Virus record (IMG/VR): IMGVR_UViG_3300020048_000102
DNA from: an uncultured virus (IMG/VR IMGVR_UViG_3300020048_000102)
Lineage: Duplodnaviria; Heunggongvirae; Uroviricota; Caudoviricetes
DNA length: 64,000 bases
Strand: one strand, 5' to 3'
Positions 1 through 8,994 of the stretch are shown here, piece after piece (position 1 is the first letter of the stretch; each line of letters begins with the position of its first letter). The translations under genes and the position numbers were made by a program. A model generated the notes under the pieces. That model saw only the letters and a program-made list of their open reading frames with translations. It was not told the DNA's origin and searched no databases.

Positions 1-2412
1 CCAACCTTCTTCAACATCATCTTCCGCCACACCCGACTTTCTAATGCCCAATTTATCAGCAGGACTGGTTCCAAATACATCGGCGGCTCGTCGACGAGAG
101 TCCTCTTGGCGCTCCGATTTTTGTCTTATTCTTTCTGAGTTTCTTTCTTTGGCAGTAGGAGCCCGTGTAACCTTTTTCATCATTGAGTCAAACTGCCCGT
201 CGCCGGTTGCTTCCGCTACGCCAATTCCAAACTTCTTTAGTGCGCCGGATTTATGGATACGTTCCATATCACTAGCAATTGCGTTATCGAATCGTTTGTT
301 TTCGACATCCGATTTTTCTTTGTAACGACCTTCCTGTGATAAATTTCTGTCTATCATAACCAGATTGCCACGATAACGTTTACCGTCTGATTCATTCTTG
401 AACGAGAATTCTCCATCTGTGCCTAGTTTTACGATAACTCCTCGATAGTTTGAATTCTTCAAAATAATTTCATCGCCTACTCTGGCTGAACGAATATCGT
501 CGCTGCCTTCCGCCACGCCTCGGTATCGTTTGCCAACTGTGCCTAACTTTTTGCCACCGTTTTTTATAACGTGCTGACGACCGTTTGAATTCATTGTATG
601 AACTACATCAAATCCGCCGCTAGGTAGAGCCCAGATTTCGATACCGTCTTCCGGATCACGGAATGTTTTTACCTTGTCCTTAGCATAGGCTACCGCCTCA
701 TCTTTTGAATCGTATTGACCCTGATATTGTCCACTGCTCTCTGACACTGATTGCAACTCTTTCTGTGTAGCGCCTGCCTTACGGGCACGTGTAGATAAAT
801 CACTTCTCTCCTCTGCTGTTTTTGCTGAACGTAGTTTTGCTAGTAGTTCTTTACGAGTTCCACCTTGAGACTTGGGGTTGTAATCAGTTACGTCTTCTTT
901 GACTTCATCAGTTCTAGCTGATTTTAAATCATTATTGCTAGGAGCACCTTTACTACCAGGCTTACGCATACGCTCACCGCTACCCCGCTTAATACGTTCA
1001 CGTTTAGCTCGAATATTCGCCCATAGTCCAGGTCCTGTTTTGCCTTCTTCAACTTCTTGTTTAGAACTTAGGAATGTTGATAACTCTTCTGGTCCTCTGC
1101 CTCTAGTTCCGCTTTGATGTTTCCACTGAGAGCCTTCTCGTTGAAACTTGTCTCCAGTTTCATCATGGACATAATCTCGTGCGTTCTTGGTATAATACCC
1201 ATATGAGTTCAACGTGCCTGCTACATCATCTGCTGCCGCTGAGCTTTCATTGACGCCCTCATCGTAGTGACGAGGTTGTGCTCGTCGTTCTGCTTGGCCC
1301 GCTTCCCACTGTTCGTGATCGTGTGTGCCACGCTCGTAAGGATTGTAGGCAGTAGCAGGATTAGCACGCCAACCTTGTTCCCACGGATCATTTTTGTCTG
1401 GTCCTAGTCTTTTCTTTTCCGGGTCAGTTGAATTTTGCTCTTTTAGTTTACCCATTTTACGTTGATGTGATATTTCTTTATCTATTCCACTGAACTCAGT
1501 GTGTCCATCACGCTTGGTGGCTTTTATCTTAGATTTTTCTTTGTCTCGATCAGCCAAACGTTTTCTTAGTGCTACCAGATCAGGATCATCCCATGATAAA
1601 TCTTCGCCCTCGCTGACTCCGAATTTCTTCACACCTTCTAGATATTCACGAACAGTGTTTAGATAATCAGTGGCCTTGGTGATTTTTTCCTGAACCCAGC
1701 CCTCTAGATTGTCACTGTCTGACATATCTTTTAACATTGATATAATTTGTTGACTGTTCTTTGCACTCTGTAGTAAATCGCTACGAGCCATAGATATTTC
1801 ATGATCTTTGTTACTAGATTTAGAGAATATGTCACGACTACGCTTACGTTTGATTTCAAAGGGATTCATAATTAAGTCACCCTCGTCTAGATTTTCTTCT
1901 GCGAGTTTTAGTGGTCTTAGTGCGCCCGGCATTAAACTGTTGCCCAATTCGTCTAGTTTTTTAGTATCACGCTTTTCTGCTGAACGTAATCTAGCGGCAA
2001 GTTCACGTGTAAATTTTTCTTGATCTTTGGTTCTTGGATCCTGATCATATTTTGCCTTCATTCGCTTCATGGCTGCCTGAATTTCTGGCTTATCCATTTC
2101 ATTTTCATCACGAGATTCAGCTACCTTTGTTTTCTTAGACTTTCTTTTTTTCTGTTCTTCTGCTTGATGATAACTATTTTGCCATAGTCCAAAGTTTGAC
2201 GGTGTTTTCACTTCATTAGCGGAGTCTTCTGTTGTCGATTCATCTTTTTCGTCTTGTTGTTCATCAGATTCATCAACTTGTTCTCCGTAGATACTAGGAG
2301 TTCCCTTTGCTCTGGTACGAACTCCGCCCAATGGCTGAGCGACAGTTGCAACAGAACCGCTGACAGTGGCCATTTCCGATAAGGTGTCTAATATTTTTTT
2401 GATGTCTGACAT
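1..2412 (-). CDS. Large charged internal-head/virion polyprotein-like protein (3'-partial, runs off the left edge)
   Basis: Absent from the ORF track because there is no stop in the window. Manual translation from ATG 2412 (MSDIKKILDTLSEMATVSGS...) stays open to base 1 (804 codons). It has recurrent (G/E/K/S)V(A/S/N/E)E linkers resembling T4 gp21-type prohead protease sites, plus segments LEGWVQEKITKATDYL and GLWANIRAKRERIKRGSGERMRKPGSKGAP. A late-type GATAAATA lies upstream at ~2442-2449. Confidence 0.7.
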   Translation of the reverse strand, partial: MSDIKKILDTLSEMATVSGSVATVAQPLGGVRTRAKGTPSIYGEQVDESDEQQDEKDESTTEDSANEVKTPSNFGLWQNSYHQAEEQKKRKSKKTKVAESRDENEMDKPEIQAAMKRMKAKYDQDPRTKDQEKFTRELAARLRSAEKRDTKKLDELGNSLMPGALRPLKLAEENLDEGDLIMNPFEIKRKRSRDIFSKSSNKDHEISMARSDLLQSAKNSQQIISMLKDMSDSDNLEGWVQEKITKATDYLNTVREYLEGVKKFGVSEGEDLSWDDPDLVALRKRLADRDKEKSKIKATKRDGHTEFSGIDKEISHQRKMGKLKEQNSTDPEKKRLGPDKNDPWEQGWRANPATAYNPYERGTHDHEQWEAGQAERRAQPRHYDEGVNESSAAADDVAGTLNSYGYYTKNARDYVHDETGDKFQREGSQWKHQSGTRGRGPEELSTFLSSKQEVEEGKTGPGLWANIRAKRERIKRGSGERMRKPGSKGAPSNNDLKSARTDEVKEDVTDYNPKSQGGTRKELLAKLRSAKTAEERSDLSTRARKAGATQKELQSVSESSGQYQGQYDSKDEAVAYAKDKVKTFRDPEDGIEIWALPSGGFDVVHTMNSNGRQHVIKNGGKKLGTVGKRYRGVAEGSDDIRSARVGDEIILKNSNYRGVIVKLGTDGEFSFKNESDGKRYRGNLVMIDRNLSQEGRYKEKSDVENKRFDNAIASDMERIHKSGALKKFGIGVAEATGDGQFDSMMKKVTRAPTAKERNSERIRQKSERQEDSRRRAADVFGTSPADKLGIRKSGVAEDDVEEGW

Positions 2413-2475
2413 GCTAGATAATCCCAATTAGTGTGATATTGTATTTATCACCCTAAATGATTATCATTGATAAGT

Positions 2476-3393
2476 TTAAGTAGTTAAACAGCGAACAATT
2501 TTATCCTTCATTTGATTCGGACTATTTTGTTTCATTTGAACTAAAAATTTATCTACAATTGTTTTTGGATCTATCATGGGATTTCTAGGGTCCTGTGGAT
2601 TATATTTGCCGGCATCCCATCGTTTACCCATATGAAATTGCATATTTACGTTATGATCGTATCCGAAATTAATCCAACGAGTGCTGCCCCAAATAACAAC
2701 TCCGCTAATACCAGTACTAGCACTAAAGTGATTCATACAACTATCGATACCAATAAAACCACTACTCTGCTTCATGACCTCGTGAATAACAGCAAAATGC
2801 TCAACATATTGAACGGTTTGATCATATCCTGGCTCATTAGGTAGTGTTGTGTTTACAATAGTAACATCTGGCAATGCCTCACGTAGCATATAAACAAGTT
2901 GTTGTCCTAGGTAATAAGGATAGTTGCGTCCTGGATCAATGCTATTGTATTGATTTTGTTGGTTCCACCCGATAGGTGTTTGTCCTCCACTTAACTGCAA
3001 CATGATAAACTTCTTACCGTCTAATTCAGCCTTTTTTATCCATTCATCTGCCCGTTCTTTAAGATGATTAGTGTACATCTTTGGAACCATGTTACTTTCA
3101 TATTCTACACCCAATAATTCACAATATGATTCAATAATGTGTTGATTGCCTCTAACGAAATTTGACTTGTATGGTTCACAATACAGTATGTTATCACTTG
3201 CTAGAATTCTAGCGTCTGTAAGTGGAATTGTTTGCTCATATGCCATTTTGATATTGGGATTTCCGCCGAAACAATCAACATACGGTGTCCATACTTGTAT
3301 TCCTTGACCATCTCGTTTGGTTAGTTTTGGTATTAGTGCCGTGAACGCAGTGCATTTGCCGATACCGCCCTCAACAACATAAGTATTATTCAT
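2476..3393 (-). CDS. Glycosyltransferase, GT9 (heptosyltransferase-like, GT-B fold)
   Basis: N-terminal GGIGKxxxxT and C-terminal FIGIDSCMNHFSAS...VVIWGST resemble the GT9 G-x-G-D and G-x-D-S-G-x-x-H-x-A motifs. Confidence 0.7.
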   Translation of the reverse strand: MNNTYVVEGGIGKCTAFTALIPKLTKRDGQGIQVWTPYVDCFGGNPNIKMAYEQTIPLTDARILASDNILYCEPYKSNFVRGNQHIIESYCELLGVEYESNMVPKMYTNHLKERADEWIKKAELDGKKFIMLQLSGGQTPIGWNQQNQYNSIDPGRNYPYYLGQQLVYMLREALPDVTIVNTTLPNEPGYDQTVQYVEHFAVIHEVMKQSSGFIGIDSCMNHFSASTGISGVVIWGSTRWINFGYDHNVNMQFHMGKRWDAGKYNPQDPRNPMIDPKTIVDKFLVQMKQNSPNQMKDKIVRCLTT

Positions 3394-3450
3394 AAAGTCC
3401 TCGTGTTCTAATAATACTTATTTATTTAATCACCGAGTGACGAATTTATT

Positions 3451-4176
3451 TTACTTGGGATAACCCTTGAAGCCGTTTAGTGGGCTCTTAGTCTGAATAT
3501 ATGTTGACTCTCGGCTTTTTCCTGTAGATATTGCTCGTTTACCGCCGGTGATTCCCATCATCTTCAGAGCCATGTCAATATGGGCGCCGGCATCAGGTTC
3601 AGTAGACACCACGATCATGTTTTCTCCCCATACACTTTCAGGGTCAAACTCTGGTGCGCCCTCAGATCTTCGTTGTTCTATGCCTCTGGCTGCTGCCATT
3701 GCTACATTGAATCTGTATTGCAAATAGGCATCTTGATTGGGCAGCTCTGGTATGACATATGTTTTTACTAATGTATCTTCAAAATCTGGACCAGATTTTG
3801 CTTCATAAATCTCAACATCAATTTTACCGTAATCTCGTAACATTCTTCCAGCAAGTGCATTTGCCTGGTCTTCGATTTTCTGACGCTGTTCTTCTGACAT
3901 ATCGGGATAAGCGGTTTCTAATTCAAACTGTCGACAGTGAACTAATTCATGACATAGCGTTCTCAGGATATCGGCGGTATTACGATTTTTTAAATAAACT
4001 ATTACCTCGCCAGTAGGGCTGGTACTGCCGAATGTTCTATTCGTGTCGACAAAGTTTTTATCGTTTATCAGTGATATTTTAGGAGTAACCGTTATTCCCA
4101 GTTTTTTGATGCACCATTTTGAAAAATCATTAATGATTTTTATTTTATTATTATCGGCAAGTTCATACAATCTCAT
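3451..4176 (-). CDS. Putative zincin metallopeptidase-domain protein (HExxH), possibly head-packaged
   Basis: DILRTLCHELVH...E-x-x-A-N-A-x-A-G motif; MRLYEL N-terminus; late promoter GATAAATA 8 nt upstream of the ATG. Confidence 0.55.
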   Translation of the reverse strand: MRLYELADNNKIKIINDFSKWCIKKLGITVTPKISLINDKNFVDTNRTFGSTSPTGEVIVYLKNRNTADILRTLCHELVHCRQFELETAYPDMSEEQRQKIEDQANALAGRMLRDYGKIDVEIYEAKSGPDFEDTLVKTYVIPELPNQDAYLQYRFNVAMAAARGIEQRRSEGAPEFDPESVWGENMIVVSTEPDAGAHIDMALKMMGITGGKRAISTGKSRESTYIQTKSPLNGFKGYPK

Positions 4177-4183
4177 GATATGT

Positions 4184-5155
4184 TTATTTATCTAAGTTTG
4201 TTTTCCAAAACTCACTGGTAATGAACCAATCATGATATCTACGGAATCCTTCTTCAACATCTACCGTGGGGTTAAACTCAAAATCTCTTCTTGCAGCATC
4301 GATGTTTAGTGAACCTCTACTTGGAAAGTCCACGTCCTTATCACAAACTTCGATAGAACCTCTACCTGCAATTTTTACAGCTAATTTGGCCGCGTCTAAT
4401 AGACTGTGGCTGTGACTACGGGTAATGTTGTAAGTACGATTATCTGTGTTATCACTCAGAGTGGCAGCGACGATTCCGTCAGCAGCGTCCTCTACGTATG
4501 TAAAATCCAGTGTTTCATTTTCGCCGTTTACTTTTAAAACTTCACCTCTAAGAGCAGCAAGCATAAATTTACTGATTACCCTATCTTCAACATCAAGTTC
4601 TCCATAAACTGCACTAGGTCTAATAATAGTATGCTTGAGTAGATTTCTTCTACTATAGTCCTCTACTAGTTTTTCTCCGAAATATTTCATGATGCCATAC
4701 TGTCCCTGAGGTTTGCAATCATGGTCTTCCAGGACATCATCACGGAAGTCGCCATACACCATACTGCTACTAGCATAGACAAACTTTTTAACACGATTTT
4801 TCACGGACAGTTCTAGCAGATTTAGTAATCCCTCACACATAACTCTGGCGCCCTGCTGTGGATTTGAGTTAACAACTTTTTGTCTAGGAAAACTGGCAAG
4901 ATGAATAACTATTTCAGGTAAAAATTGTTCAAAAACAAAATTTACAAAATTACTTTCGATATCAATTTGATGAGTAATTACCGTATCTGGGATTTTCTTT
5001 TTACGCTCGGATAGTATGTAGTTGAGTTCATCATAGGGAATAATTCCATAATCTGTTTTATTATCAATGATACGAACCAGATGCCCCTGTGATGCCAATT
5101 TACTAACCACATTGTGTCCTATTAATCCATATCCTCCAGCAACTAAAATTCTCAT
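4184..5155 (-). CDS. NAD-dependent NDP-sugar epimerase/dehydratase (extended SDR)
   Basis: Rossmann motif ILVAGGYGLIG, ASSSMVYG, catalytic YGIMK (YxxxK), DFTYVED. Confidence 0.9.
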   Translation of the reverse strand: MRILVAGGYGLIGHNVVSKLASQGHLVRIIDNKTDYGIIPYDELNYILSERKKKIPDTVITHQIDIESNFVNFVFEQFLPEIVIHLASFPRQKVVNSNPQQGARVMCEGLLNLLELSVKNRVKKFVYASSSMVYGDFRDDVLEDHDCKPQGQYGIMKYFGEKLVEDYSRRNLLKHTIIRPSAVYGELDVEDRVISKFMLAALRGEVLKVNGENETLDFTYVEDAADGIVAATLSDNTDNRTYNITRSHSHSLLDAAKLAVKIAGRGSIEVCDKDVDFPSRGSLNIDAARRDFEFNPTVDVEEGFRRYHDWFITSEFWKTNLDK

Positions 5156-5156
5156 A

Positions 5157-5408
5157 TTATTTCCACTTTAAATTGTAATATGTAGCGTTTTCTTCGGTCA
5201 TACTCGCTACAATAATAAATCTATATCCGTAGTGTTCAACACTCTGTCGTTTATACCAGGTGGGGGTTCCTACACAATTCTCCATGACCCAACTACCCGA
5301 TTCTGTTTTTTCCCATTCCATAATAGGAGAACCTGCATACAGCACAGGGTCTTCAACATCTCCAACTGTGAATTCATGAACTACAATATCTACTGTTGTT
5401 TCACTCAT
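5157..5408 (-). CDS. Hypothetical phage protein
   Basis: 83-aa ORF overlapping the thyA stop (ATGA coupling) and ending 1 nt before the epimerase start. Confidence 0.75.
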   Translation of the reverse strand: MSETTVDIVVHEFTVGDVEDPVLYAGSPIMEWEKTESGSWVMENCVGTPTWYKRQSVEHYGYRFIIVASMTEENATYYNLKWK

Positions 5409-6403
5409 ACCGCCATGGGAGCCGTTAAAACTTCATGATGTCGATATTTTAATAATTTAATATCTGTCATTTTAAAATCATCAATTGATTTAATTTCATC
5501 ATTCAACCACAATTCAGGATAATCATACCAGTCTCTGCTAAGTTGTTCCTTAACTTGTTCGACGTGATTTAAATAAATGTGAGTGTCTCCTGTACTAATG
5601 ACTAATTCACCAACCGAGAGTTGTGTAACTTGTGCTATCATATGAGTAAGTAATGCATAACTAGCAATATTAAACGGCAGTCCTAAGAACACATCTACGC
5701 TACGTTGATACATATGACAACTAAGTTGATTTTGTTTATTAACATAGAATTGACATAATATGTGACACGGAGGCAATGCCATTTCGTCTAATTCCCCGGG
5801 ATTCCAGGCAGTTAATACATGACGACGACTGTATGGATCACGTTTGATATTTTCAATTAATTGACCGAGTTGATCGACGTGATACTGTTCTACAATTTTA
5901 GCTGTCATTCCAGTAGAAGTATTTTCCCATGTTGTGTACTGTGCCATTTCTATTGGCTTACGCCATGATCTCCATTGAACTCCATAAACTCGACCCAGAT
6001 CTCCATCTTGAATATCTGATTCGATAGTTGCATGATGTTCGCCCTCTATCAGAGATGAACGTGCACTAATATCAAAGTCATGAATCTTTTTGGCAATTTT
6101 GGCTCGTTGCTCCCGCCAATATGGTGCCATAGCATTTGCAGTCCAGATAGTCGCTACTCCATCCCGAGTTCCGTGAGTTATTTCCGCCAGTCTACGTTCA
6201 TCTCCACTGCCGTCAATGAACCATAATAACTCACCCACGACTGCACGCCAAGCTAGTCGTTTTGTGGTGATTGCAGGGAATCCCTCGTTGAGATTAAATC
6301 TGAGTTGCTGTCCAAATAAACTTAATGTTCCTACGCCTGTTCTGTCATCACGCTGTTCGCCAGATTCTAGAATTTTCGTAAGTAAATCATGATATTGTTT
6401 CAT
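5405..6403 (-). CDS. thyA: Thymidylate synthase
   Basis: DRTGVGT, ELLWF, DLGRVYGVQWR, MALPPCH (catalytic Cys), YQRSVDVFLGLPFNIASY, GDTHIYLNH, C-terminal MAV. Confidence 0.97.
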   Translation of the reverse strand: MKQYHDLLTKILESGEQRDDRTGVGTLSLFGQQLRFNLNEGFPAITTKRLAWRAVVGELLWFIDGSGDERRLAEITHGTRDGVATIWTANAMAPYWREQRAKIAKKIHDFDISARSSLIEGEHHATIESDIQDGDLGRVYGVQWRSWRKPIEMAQYTTWENTSTGMTAKIVEQYHVDQLGQLIENIKRDPYSRRHVLTAWNPGELDEMALPPCHILCQFYVNKQNQLSCHMYQRSVDVFLGLPFNIASYALLTHMIAQVTQLSVGELVISTGDTHIYLNHVEQVKEQLSRDWYDYPELWLNDEIKSIDDFKMTDIKLLKYRHHEVLTAPMAV

Positions 6404-6441
6404 AGATAATTTTTAACAAATAAAGAAAATTAAATCAATTT

Positions 6442-6741
6442 TTATTTCACTAACTTTAATATTTCATCAGTAGTAGGCTGAACTGTTTCGGCAATGCCTT
6501 CGATATCTAGAACAAATTCAATCCCTAACATTTCATGATCGTATTCTTCAAGTTTTCTCAACACTGCTCGTTCCACTTCTTCTGTGTCCAATCCCTGTTT
6601 AATCAATGATTTTACATTTATTGTTCGTTGCCTTCTTCCCGTGAGTTTAACAACCATTTTCTTAATAAACTCCACAGGAATTTTTGTCTTTTCAACCTCA
6701 TCGACAATATGTTCCCACTTCTGAAATAATTCTGGAGACAT
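6442..6741 (-). CDS. Hypothetical phage protein
   Basis: 99-aa ORF tightly packed downstream of 6746..7486. Confidence 0.75.
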   Translation of the reverse strand: MSPELFQKWEHIVDEVEKTKIPVEFIKKMVVKLTGRRQRTINVKSLIKQGLDTEEVERAVLRKLEEYDHEMLGIEFVLDIEGIAETVQPTTDEILKLVK

Positions 6742-6745
6742 TAGA

Positions 6746-7486
6746 TTATCCTGTTACCGTTTCCTTTCTTGGTCTTCCTGACTTTTTAACGGGCGTAGGC
6801 ATAACTTCTGGCGTTGTTTTTGTCTTTTTTCTTACAGGCTTTGAGGCCGTTTTTGGACTAAGTGATGGGTCCATTGAATATGCTTCATTCATTAAGCGTT
6901 GACTTTCAGACAGCAATCCATTAGCCTCTCTTTCCATACGTAGTGCTTGTTCCAGTCGCTGGCGTGCTAAATCCGAATCTCCTAACATTCCCTCTGTTGG
7001 CTGAGTAACTGGGGGTTTATTACGTGCTTTTGGGTCAGTGCTTTCTCCACGCATACGTCGAGCAACATCTACTGGATCTTGAAGACCTCGACTACGGTCC
7101 ATTTCAGCTAATTTTTTAACTGCCTCTTCGCCCTTGTCCATTTCATTTAAAATGTCGTTTAGTTCATTAAGTTTGATATGGCGATTTGGTGCCGGGGTCA
7201 TTAATACTTGACTAGTTTGAACTTTCTTCATCATTCCTTCATGATGTAATACTTGAAGAATGATTTTACCATCTCTAGTGTAACTACGATTTAACGCATC
7301 GCCCAGGTCCTTTGAAAATTGACCAATATCGCTTTCAATAGTAGCGACTAGCGGATCGTGAATATTTTGATTCAATAGTTCTGTATAAACTACCAGAGCC
7401 ATGTGTTCTTCGCCTGGAATCTGTCTGAATACAATCGCAACTTTACGATCTCCGATTTTTCCAACGTGTTTTATAAATTGAGCCAT
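6746..7486 (-). CDS. Hypothetical phage protein with basic C-terminal tail
   Basis: 246-aa ORF; AAGGA SD and GTAAATA upstream; K/R-rich tail (KKSGRPRK). Confidence 0.8.
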   Translation of the reverse strand: MAQFIKHVGKIGDRKVAIVFRQIPGEEHMALVVYTELLNQNIHDPLVATIESDIGQFSKDLGDALNRSYTRDGKIILQVLHHEGMMKKVQTSQVLMTPAPNRHIKLNELNDILNEMDKGEEAVKKLAEMDRSRGLQDPVDVARRMRGESTDPKARNKPPVTQPTEGMLGDSDLARQRLEQALRMEREANGLLSESQRLMNEAYSMDPSLSPKTASKPVRKKTKTTPEVMPTPVKKSGRPRKETVTG

Positions 7487-7551
7487 GATATTTTCCTTTA
7501 ATTTATGTAGTATTTACTACTGAATAATCAGGCAATTTATTTTTTTATCGA

Positions 7552-7785
7552 CTATTTGGATGAATCAGATACTAAGTTGTAAATCAGTTCTAGTTGATTT
7601 AGTGATTCGTTAAGTGATTTATTTGTTTTAGATTGCTTTAGAATTTTTAGCCAGTTTAGCCATCTGACCGCGATATCTGAATCTACTTGATATCTAGAGT
7701 CATTGTTTTTTCCTACATAAACTGACACTTCGTCATTTACTGTTTGATAAACTATTATTTCATCAATTGATTTTAACACGCTCAT
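7552..7785 (-). CDS. Hypothetical protein
   Basis: 77-aa ORF with TTAAATA 5 nt before the ATG. Confidence 0.6.
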   Translation of the reverse strand: MSVLKSIDEIIVYQTVNDEVSVYVGKNNDSRYQVDSDIAVRWLNWLKILKQSKTNKSLNESLNQLELIYNLVSDSSK

Positions 7786-7798
7786 ATGAATATTTAAC

Positions 7799-7821
7799 TT
7801 ATTTCCGTTCGACAGAAATAA
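7799..7821. terminator. Hairpin between the HNH gene and the 77-aa gene (possible terminator or processing site)
   Basis: TTATTTCCGT-TCG-ACAGAAATAA inverted repeat (fully paired on the minus-strand RNA with one G-U). Confidence 0.35.
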
Positions 7822-7827
7822 TTATTA

Positions 7828-8115
7828 TCACAATTCAATTCTAATAGAATTAGATAATTTAGATATTTTTGATTTTTCTTCTGGGGTTATTTTCATTCGC
7901 AATGATATAGACCAACATTCGCCCCGATCTCCTTGATCATAGTGAAGTTGATAGTGATCTTTAATACTTAATGCCATCAAATTTGTCGGGTCATTATTCA
8001 AGTGATTTCCATCTATGTGATGAACATCGTATGAACGACCAAAATCGTCTTTGAGTATTTTTCCATAATGTTTTTCGTATATCTTACGATATAACTTATG
8101 ATTTCTTTTATTCAT
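7828..8115 (-). CDS. Free-standing HNH homing endonuclease, short and possibly C-terminally truncated
   Basis: YDVHHIDGNHLNNDPTNL...H...H HNH motif; only 95 aa with no evident DNA-binding C-terminal region. Confidence 0.8.
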   Translation of the reverse strand: MNKRNHKLYRKIYEKHYGKILKDDFGRSYDVHHIDGNHLNNDPTNLMALSIKDHYQLHYDQGDRGECWSISLRMKITPEEKSKISKLSNSIRIEL

Positions 8116-8231
8116 AGTACAACTATTTACTGTAATAACACCTTTCTAATTTATTTTTTATCGACTATTCAAATAAATCCATCAGGTCAGAATATCATAA
8201 ATATGTGACTATTACATAATTAAGGACAAAA

Positions 8232-8930
8232 ATGAACGATAATTTAAAATTGGTACTATGTACTGGCGCACCTGGTAGTGTTTGGAGTATGATTAGTAAT
8301 AAAATTAAAAAGAATTTTGTGAATTTTGATAAATCAGATGAGACTAAGGAAAGAAAATATCACATTCCAGAACAACACAAGAGCGAATTTAATATTAAAG
8401 ATCCATCTTGGGTAGCTACAACTCACGTGGGTTGTTATTTTGGCCCCTATCATGAATTTGGTCATCATTTTGATGATATTAAAAATCACTACACTCAAGA
8501 AGAATTTTTTAAAGAGTGTCTGGCCCCATATTCAAATGATGATAACCCATACAAGTTAATAAGAAGTCATTGGTTTTCATACAATCTCGATTGGATATGG
8601 GATAACTGTAAGGGCCATCGATTGTTTTTAATTTGGAGAGAGGCAGAACATGCCAAAAAATGGTGGTATAATATGGGCGGCTGGAACATCAATCATCCAA
8701 TATACAAATGGTATGATAACGATGACCGAATGTGGGAAAAAATTCAGGAAGAAACCAATAATATTTTGGAATTTGCTAATCGCAAAAATATACAATTGGT
8801 AAATTATTCGGAAGAATCATTACTAGAATACTGGAAAAATCATTGTGGAGAAGAACCGTCATATGTGAACGGAAAAGCAAATCCTGTATTCAGTGACGAA
8901 ATTAAATTTGCCATCGTTGATATCGTATAA
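8232..8930 (+). CDS. Hypothetical protein, possibly sulfotransferase/P-loop-like fold
   Basis: 232-aa ORF on the opposite strand with its own CATAAATA (~8196-8203) and AAGGA SD; N-terminal LCTGAPGSVWS and later LIRSHW...LIWR resemble a sulfotransferase-like layout. Confidence 0.5.
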   Translation: MNDNLKLVLCTGAPGSVWSMISNKIKKNFVNFDKSDETKERKYHIPEQHKSEFNIKDPSWVATTHVGCYFGPYHEFGHHFDDIKNHYTQEEFFKECLAPYSNDDNPYKLIRSHWFSYNLDWIWDNCKGHRLFLIWREAEHAKKWWYNMGGWNINHPIYKWYDNDDRMWEKIQEETNNILEFANRKNIQLVNYSEESLLEYWKNHCGEEPSYVNGKANPVFSDEIKFAIVDIV

Positions 8931-8994
8931 CAGATTCAAAAATTAGATGTCATTACTTAAATAATGACATCTAAAGTAATCAATATACAGAGTA

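Noticed and set aside
44..2023. Plus-strand ORFs 44..325, 899..1117 and 1808..2023
   Set aside because: They are antisense to the long open minus-strand frame 1..2412, have Ser/Leu-rich shadow composition and lack RBSs.
5405..6403. Group I intron or intein in thyA, or a dCMP hydroxymethylase identity
   Set aside because: The frame is uninterrupted, the insertions are too short and lack intein terminal motifs, and the PFN Asn indicates dUMP specificity.
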